Below are positions 1 to 8,994 of a DNA stretch of 64,000 bases, in pieces (within the stretch, counting starts at the first letter, position 1; every line of letters begins with the position of its first letter). This DNA comes from a virus. Below the pieces are notes generated by a model. It made no database searches. It had not been told where the DNA came from and saw only the letters and a program-made list of their open reading frames with translations. The position numbers and the translations under genes are program-made. The stretch is from IMG/VR virus record IMGVR_UViG_3300045988_087402. One strand, given 5' to 3'.

Positions 1-60
1 GTTGTAAAGACAGTTGTAAAGACAGTTGTAAAGACAGTTGTAAAGACAGTTGTAACGAGT
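1..60 (+). repeat. Tandem 12-mer array (GTTGTAAAGACA)x4 plus the variant GTTGTAACGAGT. It runs to the window start and may extend further left. It sits directly upstream of GC-rich element copy 1.
   Basis: Direct reading: four perfect 12-nt units at 1-48, then a degenerate unit. The same GTTGCAAAGACAGTTGTAACG context recurs at 10084-10104 upstream of copy 2. Confidence 0.8.
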
Positions 61-75
61 GCTCTCCGGGTAATT

Positions 76-101
76 GGCCACAAGGGCGAGAGGGTGTTCC
101 G
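76..101 (+). repeat. GC-rich conserved element, copy 1 (GGCCACAAGGGCGAGAGGGTGTTCCG; extended conservation about 66-110). Intergenic.
   Basis: Near-identical to six other copies at 825-849, 10123-10148, 12870-12893, 35839-35863, 52931-52956 and 53136-53161. It is a GC island in an AT-rich background. Confidence 0.85.
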
Positions 102-311
102 ATATTCGTTTGCTTATAAAGTAACACTTGTATCTATTTAATCGTCTTAAAAAGATATCAAAAATCTGGAATAAAATATTCTTTCTTAAAATCACTCGTT
201 TTGTAAGGACGTGGCTCCTCCATTTCTTCGAGTAATTGCCAAATCGGATTATCAAAAGTCACAGATGTCGTACGAATATCATCCACACGACGATTTTCCT
301 GCCGATTATTT

Positions 312-959
312 TTACGAATCTCTAAATTCGTCTTTTCCATGTTCTTCTCCATTAGCTGATACATGTTTCCATTCTTTATATTTAATATCTCTTTTAGCAA
401 GTATATCACTAATTATAGCAAATGATTTATCATATTCTTCATAACATTTATTTTTATTAATATAAGCACAATCGTAAATAGGAATCATTATAGTATTAGC
501 ATAAGCTTTTGGTTTATTAACTTCATTTTTCATTATAATATTATTATTTTCAGTAAGAGCTTTAAGAACAGTTGAACCAAGTGGAACTATAATTAAAGGA
601 TTAATAGCTTTAATTTCTTCTATAAGATAATGTATACAATTTTTAATATATAATTTTTCATTATCCGTACCATAACATTTTACAAGATAAGTTAAATAAC
701 TCCATTCATCAAGTTTATAAAGAGTTATAGCTTGTCTAAGTAAAATATTATTTCTACCTGTAAATGGTTCTCCAATTTTAATATCAAGTGTAGAAGGAGC
801 TGCACCAATAAAGCAAATAGATTTCGGAACACCTCTCGCCCTTGTGGCCATAATACCGTGCATCCTATTATTGATAAGAGAACGATAACACGATGAACAA
901 TGAATGCCGAGTAAGTCTTTCCTTGCTGACATTTGATTTTCGGCCTGTTTTCTGCCCAT
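312..959 (-). CDS. Uracil-DNA glycosylase, family-4-like (UDG superfamily)
   Basis: A Cys cluster (CSSCYRS) is followed by VPKSICFIGAAPS...GEPFTGRNNILL. This resembles the UDG4 VFGEGxP...VGEAPG...GxPFVGxAGxLL pattern with a preceding Fe-S Cys motif. GC-element copy 3 lies in-frame in this ORF and encodes MATRARGVP. Confidence 0.55.
   Translation of the reverse strand: MGRKQAENQMSARKDLLGIHCSSCYRSLINNRMHGIMATRARGVPKSICFIGAAPSTLDIKIGEPFTGRNNILLRQAITLYKLDEWSYLTYLVKCYGTDNEKLYIKNCIHYLIEEIKAINPLIIVPLGSTVLKALTENNNIIMKNEVNKPKAYANTIMIPIYDCAYINKNKCYEEYDKSFAIISDILAKRDIKYKEWKHVSANGEEHGKDEFRDS
825..849 (-). repeat. GC-rich conserved element, copy 3 (reverse orientation), in-frame inside the UDG CDS
   Basis: Plus strand reads CGGAACACCTCTCGCCCTTGTGGCC. 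The reverse complement ATGGCCACAAGGGCGAGAGGTGTTCC is translated as MATRARGVP within ORF 312-959. Confidence 0.85.
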
Positions 960-1043
960 ATTTTAATTATTTTTCAACGGGTGGAGAATTGTTTAGGAAT
1001 GAATAGAAAGTTCCTAAAAAGTGCCTTAAAATTCGATTAAAAG

Positions 1044-1445
1044 CTATATCACTCTATTGCCATTATTATCTCTTTTTATATTAGCAAGTTTATCTGCCCA
1101 AGCCTCTGCATAAAAACTATAATAATCATATTTAATAAAAGGTATTCTATTTATAAGATTATTAATAGCTGATGGAATACCTATAATAATTAAATATAAC
1201 CAACCTAAATAAATACTTTGCTTACAATGTCCTATTTCATGATTAATAGTAAGTTTACTATGTCTGTTATTAATAATTATATAATTACCTAATGAAACAC
1301 CTATATTACTATTAGTTAAATATATATTTACAGTATTTTTCTTACTATTTAGTTTATAACCATATTTAGCTTTAAATATAGCTATTGATATAAGAGCAAC
1401 TATATTTTGTGGTAGCTGCCAAATATAAAGAATAGTTTTAATCAT
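1044..1445 (-). CDS. Small hydrophobic protein with an HExxH (HEIGH) zincin-like motif. Candidate metallopeptidase of ImmA/IrrE or SprT-like size.
   Basis: The motif INHEIGHCKQS sits in a 133-aa ORF with hydrophobic segments. There is no further homology evidence. Confidence 0.3.
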   Translation of the reverse strand: MIKTILYIWQLPQNIVALISIAIFKAKYGYKLNSKKNTVNIYLTNSNIGVSLGNYIIINNRHSKLTINHEIGHCKQSIYLGWLYLIIIGIPSAINNLINRIPFIKYDYYSFYAEAWADKLANIKRDNNGNRVI

Positions 1446-1616
1446 ATTTTAAATAGCATGTATAGATTCTAAAAAACTATAAATTAAAATAAGTACAAAA
1501 CATATTGCAAGGAATTGTCCTAAACAACCATCTACATCTGTAACATGTTCATTTTCATTATTAGAATAACTATCTCTGTAGTCATCATCATCGTAATACA
1601 TAATTATAATATAATT

Positions 1617-3119
1617 TTAATATTTTAATATAGCTTTTTTTCTGGCTCGACTTAAAGCAACATAAATAAGTCGATTTCTCATATTAATATCATACGCCTT
1701 TTTATATCCTTTCGAACTTTGATACCAAGTAATATCTGTTAAATCTACAGCAACATTATCAAATGTACTTCCTTGTGATTTATGAACAGATAGTCCAAAT
1801 CCATAATCTATATCTTTTTTAATAACTTTTTCATTACCATAAGCATCATGTATTACAACAGGAATTAAAGTAAGAAAACGATTTTTAAAATTATAATACG
1901 CTTTCCAACCACCTCCTATACGTTTTAAACCATTTATATAAAGAGTTTGTAATACACGTTTATAAAGATTAAAACTTGCATCAGTATGGTCAACAATTAA
2001 GAAAGGGTCTGTCTTCCTTTCATCATACATAGATTGTAAATTAACTCCAAAGGTTTTAATTCCCTCATCTGATACATAATCTATAAGTTCATATATTATA
2101 TAATCTTCTGAATTAAGTATAATAGGTTCACTAAATTCATTCATTATAGTATTATATGAAGTAAATAAGTCATTCATACAAACTGCTGGAAGATTATCAC
2201 CTAATAGATTATTTCTAACATATTGATTCCAATTAAGAACATTATTATTTGTATAACTTAATATACGAATATAATCTGTATTAGACGGAATACCTTTTTT
2301 ATTATTACCTATAAAAGATTCACTACCTATTTCTTCTATACATTTAGATTTAAAATCTTCTCTATATAATAATTCGTATCCTCTATCGTTTATAATATTA
2401 CTTCTATTATTAATAATATAATTAAGAAAAGTATTACCTTTATTTTGAATATCATATCTAATAAGACTAAACAATTCAAGTAAAGGATTTCCTTCTTCTT
2501 GTCTAACAATAGTATCTAAAACTACTTTTCTCTTAATTGTAGCAAAAGTTGGTGACATATTTTCTTTAACAGGAGGTAACTGTAAACTATCACCAATATA
2601 TAAAACTTTTATTTTATGATTAGCACATACTTTTGTTATACGATTAAACAAACCTGTATTAACCATAGAACATTCATCAAGTAGTACAATTTTATAATTA
2701 ACAATTTTTAAATCAGAAAGTTGGTCATATTGCGGATTAGTTGGGTCAAAAGTAGTTAAATCTACATTCGGCTTTAATCCTAAAAGAGAATGTAGAGTTT
2801 TACCTTTATGATTTACTGTATTTTCTAATACTCGAAGAGCTTTATGTGTAGGAGCACTAATTGTCCAAGTTTTATCAATAATATTTTCAATAAAATATTT
2901 CATGATAAACGTTTTACCTGTTCCAGCATAACCTTCAAGAGTACAAAACAGTTCATTACTTTTATACCAATCTTCAAGTTGTTGTACAGCTCTTTCTTGA
3001 CTCGGATAAAGTTTAATATTACTATTTTTAACTTTATTAATAGCTGTATTACTTTTATTATTTACATTTGTATTAGCTTTTACAATATTATCTAATTTAT
3101 TTTTTTCAGTATCATTCAT
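1617..3119 (-). CDS. SF1B DNA helicase (Dda/RecD/PIF1-like)
   Basis: Walker A GYAGTGKTF, Walker B/motif II LLDECSMV, motif III YIGDSLQLPPV and motif V/VI SVHKSQGSTFDNV are all present. These are hallmark motifs of RecD/Dda-type SF1B helicases. Confidence 0.8.
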   Translation of the reverse strand: MNDTEKNKLDNIVKANTNVNNKSNTAINKVKNSNIKLYPSQERAVQQLEDWYKSNELFCTLEGYAGTGKTFIMKYFIENIIDKTWTISAPTHKALRVLENTVNHKGKTLHSLLGLKPNVDLTTFDPTNPQYDQLSDLKIVNYKIVLLDECSMVNTGLFNRITKVCANHKIKVLYIGDSLQLPPVKENMSPTFATIKRKVVLDTIVRQEEGNPLLELFSLIRYDIQNKGNTFLNYIINNRSNIINDRGYELLYREDFKSKCIEEIGSESFIGNNKKGIPSNTDYIRILSYTNNNVLNWNQYVRNNLLGDNLPAVCMNDLFTSYNTIMNEFSEPIILNSEDYIIYELIDYVSDEGIKTFGVNLQSMYDERKTDPFLIVDHTDASFNLYKRVLQTLYINGLKRIGGGWKAYYNFKNRFLTLIPVVIHDAYGNEKVIKKDIDYGFGLSVHKSQGSTFDNVAVDLTDITWYQSSKGYKKAYDINMRNRLIYVALSRARKKAILKY

Positions 3120-3122
3120 ATA

Positions 3123-3482
3123 TCAAAAAGGATTTTCTAATTGATTATTATCTCTGTTAATTTCCTTATGTAATATAGAAAAAGCAACGATAATAGAATT
3201 TTCATAAGTTGTATCATTTATATCTTCAATATCTACTTTAGCAAGTAATTCCATAAAAGTTTCATCAAAAGGATGGATATTATATTTATATATTCTAAAA
3301 CTATCTGGAAGAATAACAATTCCCATTTTATGTTTAGTAACTAAAAAATGATTTATTATAGTAAATTGAAACTTAATTGGTAACTTAGTAAAAAAAGCAG
3401 ATATATTATTATTATTTTCTCTAAGATATTCAGTAAAACTATTAAGAGCTTTATTAAAATTTCTTATCTTTTCTATTAGCAT
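3123..3482 (-). CDS. Hypothetical protein (early/replication arm)
   Basis: 119-aa ORF tightly packed behind the helicase on the same strand. Confidence 0.4.
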   Translation of the reverse strand: MLIEKIRNFNKALNSFTEYLRENNNNISAFFTKLPIKFQFTIINHFLVTKHKMGIVILPDSFRIYKYNIHPFDETFMELLAKVDIEDINDTTYENSIIVAFSILHKEINRDNNQLENPF

Positions 3483-3912
3483 TTTTAATATTATTTTGTG
3501 ATTTTAAATAACAAAGTTTACTAATAGTATTTACATAATCTATATCAAGAATAAAATAACCATCTTCTATAATACCTTTTATTCTTTGACGAGGTTTAAC
3601 AATACTCCAATATTTAATTGTAATATCTAATCTCGTACCATTTTTACTATTTTTCTTAATAGTCCAAGGTTTATGTTGATTATTAGTAATACCATTAGAA
3701 TATATATAATCAACATTATTTAAATCTTCTTGATTTATTTTAATAGGAATAAACTCGTAAGGTTTTTTATTTGATTTAGCATAAAACTTATTATCATAAA
3801 GAATAGCGACAGTATGTTTACTGCCGCTATTTTCTTTATCATTACTTCTTGTTCTTACTATACCTCTTTGTATATTATTCAGTTTCTCATAATTCATAAT
3901 TATTTTCCACAT
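3454..3912 (-). CDS. Hypothetical protein
   Basis: 152-aa ORF, co-oriented and overlapping its neighbours in operon-like packing. Confidence 0.4.
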   Translation of the reverse strand: MWKIIMNYEKLNNIQRGIVRTRSNDKENSGSKHTVAILYDNKFYAKSNKKPYEFIPIKINQEDLNNVDYIYSNGITNNQHKPWTIKKNSKNGTRLDITIKYWSIVKPRQRIKGIIEDGYFILDIDYVNTISKLCYLKSQNNIKNANRKDKKF

Positions 3913-4493
3913 TTATCACATACACATCGAAGCATACTTTTCTTATTGTTTACACCAATTTTTGTAAAGTCTTCTCGATTACAAGTTATAACATTACCTT
4001 TTGTAAGTTTGATTGTAAATTTATGTGTATTTTTATCAAACTTAGTAACTACACCAATTCTTTCATCTTTATGATAAAGAGAATTAGCATCTATTATAGA
4101 AATATTTGTTATCTCTACAGCTTCGTTAGGTACGGTTTTTGTATATATAGTTTCAAAAGCTCCTTGAATCTTAATTGTTACACCTTCTAAAAGAGCATCT
4201 AAATAAGTTTTATTAGTTTCTTCATCTTCATTATTAATTTTAGATTTTAGAAAGTCAGCTATAGAATCAAAATTTCCATGAATTATGCTATAAGTTTGAT
4301 TATCATATTCTCCAATAAATTTTGCAACTTTATTTCGTATATCTTTAATAGGATATATATTATTATCAGAAAGAGTTACATTCTTTTCTTTATAATCTAT
4401 ATTTTCTACTTTAAGAAGATTATTATCTATAAGAATATAATAATTCTTTTTTACAATAGTTTCTATCGGTATAAGTTTAAGAGTAAATTCCAT
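3900..4493 (-). CDS. Hypothetical protein with a C-terminal Cys cluster (CVCDKCGK)
   Basis: 197-aa ORF, same-strand operon packing, with a terminal zinc-ribbon-like Cys motif. Confidence 0.4.
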   Translation of the reverse strand: MEFTLKLIPIETIVKKNYYILIDNNLLKVENIDYKEKNVTLSDNNIYPIKDIRNKVAKFIGEYDNQTYSIIHGNFDSIADFLKSKINNEDEETNKTYLDALLEGVTIKIQGAFETIYTKTVPNEAVEITNISIIDANSLYHKDERIGVVTKFDKNTHKFTIKLTKGNVITCNREDFTKIGVNNKKSMLRCVCDKCGK

Positions 4494-4496
4494 AAT

Positions 4497-4931
4497 TTAA
4501 GATATTAATATTTTAGTTATTTTGACAACTTGATTTATCTTTTTACATATCTTATCTGATATAATAGTTATTAGAGTTTTATTATCATAAGAATTGGAAT
4601 CAAATAATACAGTACCTTTTTCAATAGCTATTTCATCTGAAGTTTCAATAAGTTTATCACAATATTTAAAACTATAATAAACCTTAAAAACTACAGAATT
4701 TGTAGCAAGTCGAACTTGGTCTTTAAACATCCAATATTCTTTACTACCTATTCTGACTAATACTTTATCAATTCCATATTCATTTTTTATATTAATTACT
4801 GTACCATAACGACTACGACTTGTTATAACTAAACTTCCGATTTTTATTTCGTCTATCATCGTTTTCTTCTTTAATATATTCTTTATTAGTTCTCTTATGT
4901 TTCTTATTCTTATTAAAATCATGAATTTCAT
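4497..4931 (-). CDS. Hypothetical protein
   Basis: 144-aa ORF, 4 nt from the upstream gene on the same strand. Confidence 0.4.
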   Translation of the reverse strand: MKFMILIRIRNIRELIKNILKKKTMIDEIKIGSLVITSRSRYGTVINIKNEYGIDKVLVRIGSKEYWMFKDQVRLATNSVVFKVYYSFKYCDKLIETSDEIAIEKGTVLFDSNSYDNKTLITIISDKICKKINQVVKITKILIS

Positions 4932-5172
4932 TAGAATAAGAATCCAAATCTCTAATATTAATTTTAGGCATTATATTTTATTTATATCTTTATGATATAC
5001 ACAAATATTATTTTCAAAAATATTATCGACAATTCGTTTATCAAGTCTTTTACAAATATAATAAGTTTTATTATCAACTTTTGTTTACGACTTTTATATG
5101 AATATATTTCTTACAATAATGTTCTTTTGGAATAACTTTTGGATTAATTTTAGATTTCATAGTTTTAATAGT

Positions 5173-5460
5173 TTAAATATAAACAACAGAAATATTACGT
5201 ATATACATAGATTTTATATCAATATAATAATCATATATCATAATATCTTCGGTAACTTTTTCTGTAATTTCTTTTATAAGTTCTATAATAGATTCTGAAT
5301 TAGAAGTTATTCTAATATTAGAATAATTAGCAACTATTTCAAAATAATCACCATCTATTATAATTCCATTTCCATTTTCAGGTATAACAGTAAGTATACA
5401 AGTTTTTGAATCTTTGTTAATAATAAAATTATCCATAATTATAAGTTTATTAAATTGCAT
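5173..5460 (-). CDS. Hypothetical small protein
   Basis: 95-aa ORF, co-oriented with the arm. Confidence 0.3.
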   Translation of the reverse strand: MQFNKLIIMDNFIINKDSKTCILTVIPENGNGIIIDGDYFEIVANYSNIRITSNSESIIELIKEITEKVTEDIMIYDYYIDIKSMYIRNISVVYI

Positions 5461-5561
5461 AATAAAAGGATGTAATATTAATATATAATTAATACCACAT
5501 CCTATAACTAAAATATAATCATCTTAAACATAATCTTTATAATAAAGATTATTATCTTTTG

Positions 5562-5647
5562 TACCGAAAGCGGGAATCGAACCCGCACGACCTCTTATGG
5601 TCATAGGATTTTAAGTCCTACGTGTCTACCTATTCCACCATTTCGGC
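5562..5647 (-). tRNA. tRNA-Leu, anticodon UAA, type II with a long variable arm
   Basis: The minus-strand sequence GCCGAAATGGTGGAATAGGTAGACACGTAGGACTTAAAATCCTATGACCATAAGAGGTCGTGCGGGTTCGATTCCCGCTTTCGGTA folds as a cloverleaf. The acceptor stem is 7 bp (GCCGAAA/TTTCGGT with one G-U). The anticodon stem is TAGGA/TCCTA with loop CTTAAAA, giving anticodon TAA. The variable stem is GACC/GGTC. The T arm is GCGGG-TTCGATT-CCCGC. Confidence 0.85.
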
Positions 5648-5656
5648 GATTAAAAT

Positions 5657-5689
5657 AAGTAGTAAGATTTATCACAAATGTTACTACTT
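5657..5689. ncRNA. Stem-loop A. The stem is 9 bp (AAGTAGTAA/TTACTACTT) and the 15-nt loop is GATTTATCACAAATG. It lies 9 nt from the tRNA-Leu 5' end.
   Basis: Direct reading. It is paired with stem-loop B at 5750-5780, which has an identical loop but a different, fully compensatory stem. Both are preceded by TAAAATAA. Confidence 0.6.
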
Positions 5690-5749
5690 TGTCCATTCTA
5701 AACCTCTGACTATTTTATCATGAACAATGAAATTAATTTATAAAATAAT

Positions 5750-5780
5750 GCCAATAAGATTTATCACAAATGTTATTGGC
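5750..5780. ncRNA. Stem-loop B. The stem is 8 bp (GCCAATAA/TTATTGGC) and the 15-nt loop GATTTATCACAAATG is identical to that of stem-loop A.
   Basis: The loop is conserved and the stem has covaried against stem-loop A at 5657-5689. This is a structural, RNA-like conservation signature. Confidence 0.6.
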
Positions 5781-5879
5781 TTAATAATTAACCTTAAAAA
5801 CAAATAACTTTTATGAAAGAAAGTTAAGTCCTAACATGTTTAATTCTTCTATGAAACACTTTATTATTAAATATGTGTT

Positions 5880-5990
5880 TTTTATCATATTCTACTCGGC
5901 TGCCTTCAGGTCGAACGCGAGAATCCTCGCCGGACGGCCGGCGCGCGTCATCACGGGCCCCAGCCTTGGCGGCCTCTAAATCGAAAGGTT
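5880..5990. other. Isolated GC-rich island of about 110 nt (for example GCCGGACGGCCGGCGCGCGTCATCACGGGCCCCAGCCTTGGCGGCC) with local stems (GCGAG/CTCGC, GACG..CGTC, GGGCCCC) in AT-rich intergenic DNA. Candidate structured RNA or acquired fragment.
   Basis: Composition is completely unlike the flanks. There is no ORF of 60 aa or longer on either strand and I could not fit a tRNA cloverleaf. Confidence 0.35.
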
Positions 5991-6220
5991 TGAATTTATA
6001 TTCTATATCTATTTCTTTATTAGATAAATAATCCTGTTCATAATCACCGAGCCTGCATTTCCAGCAGCTTTTCCACTACAAAGTTTAATCTTATTTTTTA
6101 TATCTTTTTTAATAGTGAGTAAATATAAATATTATTTTTCAAAATCACAATAATTATTTATAAACTATTGCTAATATCTTTTAATATATCTTTTATTTTA
6201 TCATTAAATATAATACTATA

Positions 6221-6439
6221 TTAATAAACAATACAACTTCCCATTATATCAATTTCTTTATGTGCATCTCTAATACAAGAAATAATAGTAAGTGCACTAT
6301 TTATATAAGTTTCTCTATTATCAAATTGAAGTTTTATACTATTAACATTGTCATTACGTTCTACACATCTAATAATTATATTACTTTCTGAATAAGTAAC
6401 ACTATATACATTTTCTATTTTTATAGTTTCATGAAGCAT
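6221..6439 (-). CDS. Hypothetical small protein
   Basis: 72-aa ORF, co-oriented. Confidence 0.3.
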   Translation of the reverse strand: MLHETIKIENVYSVTYSESNIIIRCVERNDNVNSIKLQFDNRETYINSALTIISCIRDAHKEIDIMGSCIVY

Positions 6440-6542
6440 ATCCTGTTTATTAGATATAATACTATTAGGAGTAATAACGAGTTTGGTATCTGTATTATTT
6501 CTTAATATATCTAATCTCGGATGTTCTATAATATTTTCTTTT

Positions 6543-6926
6543 TCATAATTTATTATTTATATGTATACTTTCTTTATATTCACGAATAGGATTCATATTA
6601 ATATCATCATCTATCATATTTGATATAAAAAGTTTTACACTATTAAAACTACTATATTTCTCAAATATAAGTTCAACATAACCTAAAGTCTTTTCCTTTA
6701 TATTTATTCGATAATCATAAATATCATTTTTAGGATTATCATATACACCAAATGTTACATCTTGAATATTAGTATAATCTATATTAATACACAAATCTTC
6801 ATTATTATATTCTTCACTATCATTTGGCAATAAATCAGAAACATAAATTTTTAAAGTTTCTATATCCTTACCGTATATAGTATAATTAGGATAATTAGGA
6901 ATATTAACTATATTGACAATTTTCAT
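6543..6926 (-). CDS. Hypothetical protein
   Basis: 127-aa ORF, co-oriented and tightly spaced with 6948-7286. Confidence 0.35.
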   Translation of the reverse strand: MKIVNIVNIPNYPNYTIYGKDIETLKIYVSDLLPNDSEEYNNEDLCINIDYTNIQDVTFGVYDNPKNDIYDYRINIKEKTLGYVELIFEKYSSFNSVKLFISNMIDDDINMNPIREYKESIHINNKL

Positions 6927-6947
6927 AATAATTTCTATATTTTAATG

Positions 6948-7286
6948 TTAAACTATAGTTGAGGTTACAGATGAAATAATAGTTTTGATATTAAATTTAT
7001 AAGTATATAATATATTTTCTATATCATTTTTGAAATATAAAAATTTACTAATATCTTTAAAATAACAATGAATTTTAATATTACTATCTATAAAATGTAT
7101 TATAGTAGTAAATAAATCATCACCTTTACAATAAGTAAATTGTATATTATCTATATCTTCAATACAAACTTTGTCATTACTTCTTGGAATAACAAATTCT
7201 CCATTATTTATTATAACATTTATAAAATCTGGATAATAATAATTATCTATATCTGTATTTTTAGAAGTTACTATAATATTTACCAT
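6948..7286 (-). CDS. Hypothetical protein
   Basis: 112-aa ORF. Confidence 0.35.
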   Translation of the reverse strand: MVNIIVTSKNTDIDNYYYPDFINVIINNGEFVIPRSNDKVCIEDIDNIQFTYCKGDDLFTTIIHFIDSNIKIHCYFKDISKFLYFKNDIENILYTYKFNIKTIISSVTSTIV

Positions 7287-7289
7287 ATC

Positions 7290-7583
7290 TTACAATTTAA
7301 TTTTATAAGAATAACTTACATCAACAACATATCCTCTATTTCTAAGCTCTTCTATAATATCTCTCAATGAATCTATTAGCTCACGAGGTTTATAATTAGA
7401 TAATTCATCATTAGATTTGCGAATTATCGGAACTCTATTTTTATTTTTATTTTTTTTAGAACAATCAATACATATATTAGTATGCATGTCCTTTGAACGA
7501 TTATTGTATGTAAATAGATTTATGTCTTTTTCTTCATTACAAATTTTACAAACTTTTGTAACTGTTGTATTATTAGTTTCCAT
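7290..7583 (-). CDS. Small Zn-ribbon protein (CxxC...CxxC)
   Basis: Contains CKICNEEK...CIDCSKK and is 4 nt from the downstream gene. Confidence 0.4.
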   Translation of the reverse strand: METNNTTVTKVCKICNEEKDINLFTYNNRSKDMHTNICIDCSKKNKNKNRVPIIRKSNDELSNYKPRELIDSLRDIIEELRNRGYVVDVSYSYKIKL

Positions 7584-8205
7584 AGTATTATATTTATATT
7601 ATATTTATAGTATTATTATATCTTCTTGTAAATTATCTCTTCTAATTTTACTTATACATCTTATAAAATTATTTACAAATTCTATAAATAAATCTTTATT
7701 TTCAAAAGATATAGAAGTAATTCTTAAATCATCAGGTTCAACATTAGATTCAAAACTTAAATCATCGTTGTCTAAAAATCTAATGTATAAATATTATCAT
7801 GTGTTATTATATTTCTTATATCATTTATATCATAAGTAAATATCTTATCTTCTATTGTAGTTACAATTAAAGTTTCTTCTAATATTTAATCGTAATAGAT
7901 TTTATATTATAAGTTGTACCATTTGGTATAATAATTTTTGCATTTTCCATAGTAATAATTTGATTAGCTTCCATAAGATAATTTGTTTTAAGTTTAATAT
8001 TAATTTATTTTAAATAAAATTTAAATTCTAATGAAAATAGTATGACAATTAGTATTCAAAAAATTATTCAAAAGAGTCTACAAATTGATAATAATCAACA
8101 TAAAGATAATCCTTTTGAAAATAAGATTAAAAAAGATAATTAAATGAATAATGAAGATTATCTTTATGTTGATAAAGAAAATAGATTAAAAGAAAATGAT
8201 AAAAC

Positions 8206-8784
8206 GAATAAAGATAAATGTAAAGAAATATAGAATTAAAAGATGATATTAAAAATGATTAAAAAGATGAAAAAAAATATGATAGAAAATATGATAGAAA
8301 ATATGATAGAAAATAAAGATGAAGAAGATGATATTGAAAATAAAGATGAAGATAAATTAAATGATTAAAAAGAAAATAAAAGAAAAGATGATTAAAAAAT
8401 GATTAAAAAGAAAATAAAAAGAAAATAAAAAGAAGATGATTAAAAAGAAAATAAAAAGAAAATAAAGAAAAGATGATTAAAAATGATAATGAAGAAGATG
8501 AAGAAGATTAATATAAAGATAATGAATAAAATGAAAGAAGATTAATATAAAGATAATGAAGAAGATGAAGAAAAGATAATGAATAAATGAAAGAAAAGAT
8601 AATGAATAAATGAAAGAAAAGATAATGAATGATAATGAAAGAAATGAAAGAAAAGATGAAGAAGATTAATATAAAGATAATGAAGAAGATGAAAGAAAAG
8701 ATAATGAATGATAACGAGATATTTAATAAAAAATAAAATAATGAAAAGATGAAGAAAAAGATGAAAGAAAAGATGAATATTAAG
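8206..8784 (+). repeat. Purine-biased repeat block. 8206-8714 on the plus strand contains no C at all (509 nt), and 8206-8784 contains a single C. It is built of nested imperfect tandem repeats.
   Basis: Direct base-by-base reading. Units include GATGAAGAAGAT..., GATGATTAAAAAGAAAATAAAAAG, GATAATGAATAAATGAAAGAAAA, and (ATATGATAGAAA)x3 at 8277-8312. Confidence 0.85.
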
Positions 8785-8994
8785 CTCCTTTTACACCTTC
8801 ATTTACTTTTCATCCAATTATTTTTACAATTATTTTTCTTCTTCATTTTTCTTCTACTTTTCCTCCACTTATATTTCAAAATAACTTTTTTAATCTTTTT
8901 AATCTTTTCTCTACTTATTATCAATCTTTATTCAACTTATTTTCCAACTATTTTTCAAACTATTATCTCAATTCTTTCTCCACTTATTATTAAT
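8785..8994 (+). repeat. Pyrimidine-biased block. 210 nt of the plus strand contain no G (CT-rich low complexity). G-poor composition continues to about 9150.
   Basis: Direct reading. It abuts the C-free block, so the local strand skew inverts sharply at about 8785. ORF 8749-9147 on the track is a low-complexity artefact. Confidence 0.8.

Noticed and set aside
1-60. CRISPR array interpretation of the 12-mer tandem repeats
   Set aside because: The units are only 12 nt and directly abutting, with no spacers. No cas genes are present. The other arrays have unrelated units.
5880-5990. A second tRNA or tmRNA in the GC-rich island
   Set aside because: I could not build an acceptor/D/anticodon/T cloverleaf or find a GTTCGAATC-type T-loop on either strand. 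Only short local stems were found.
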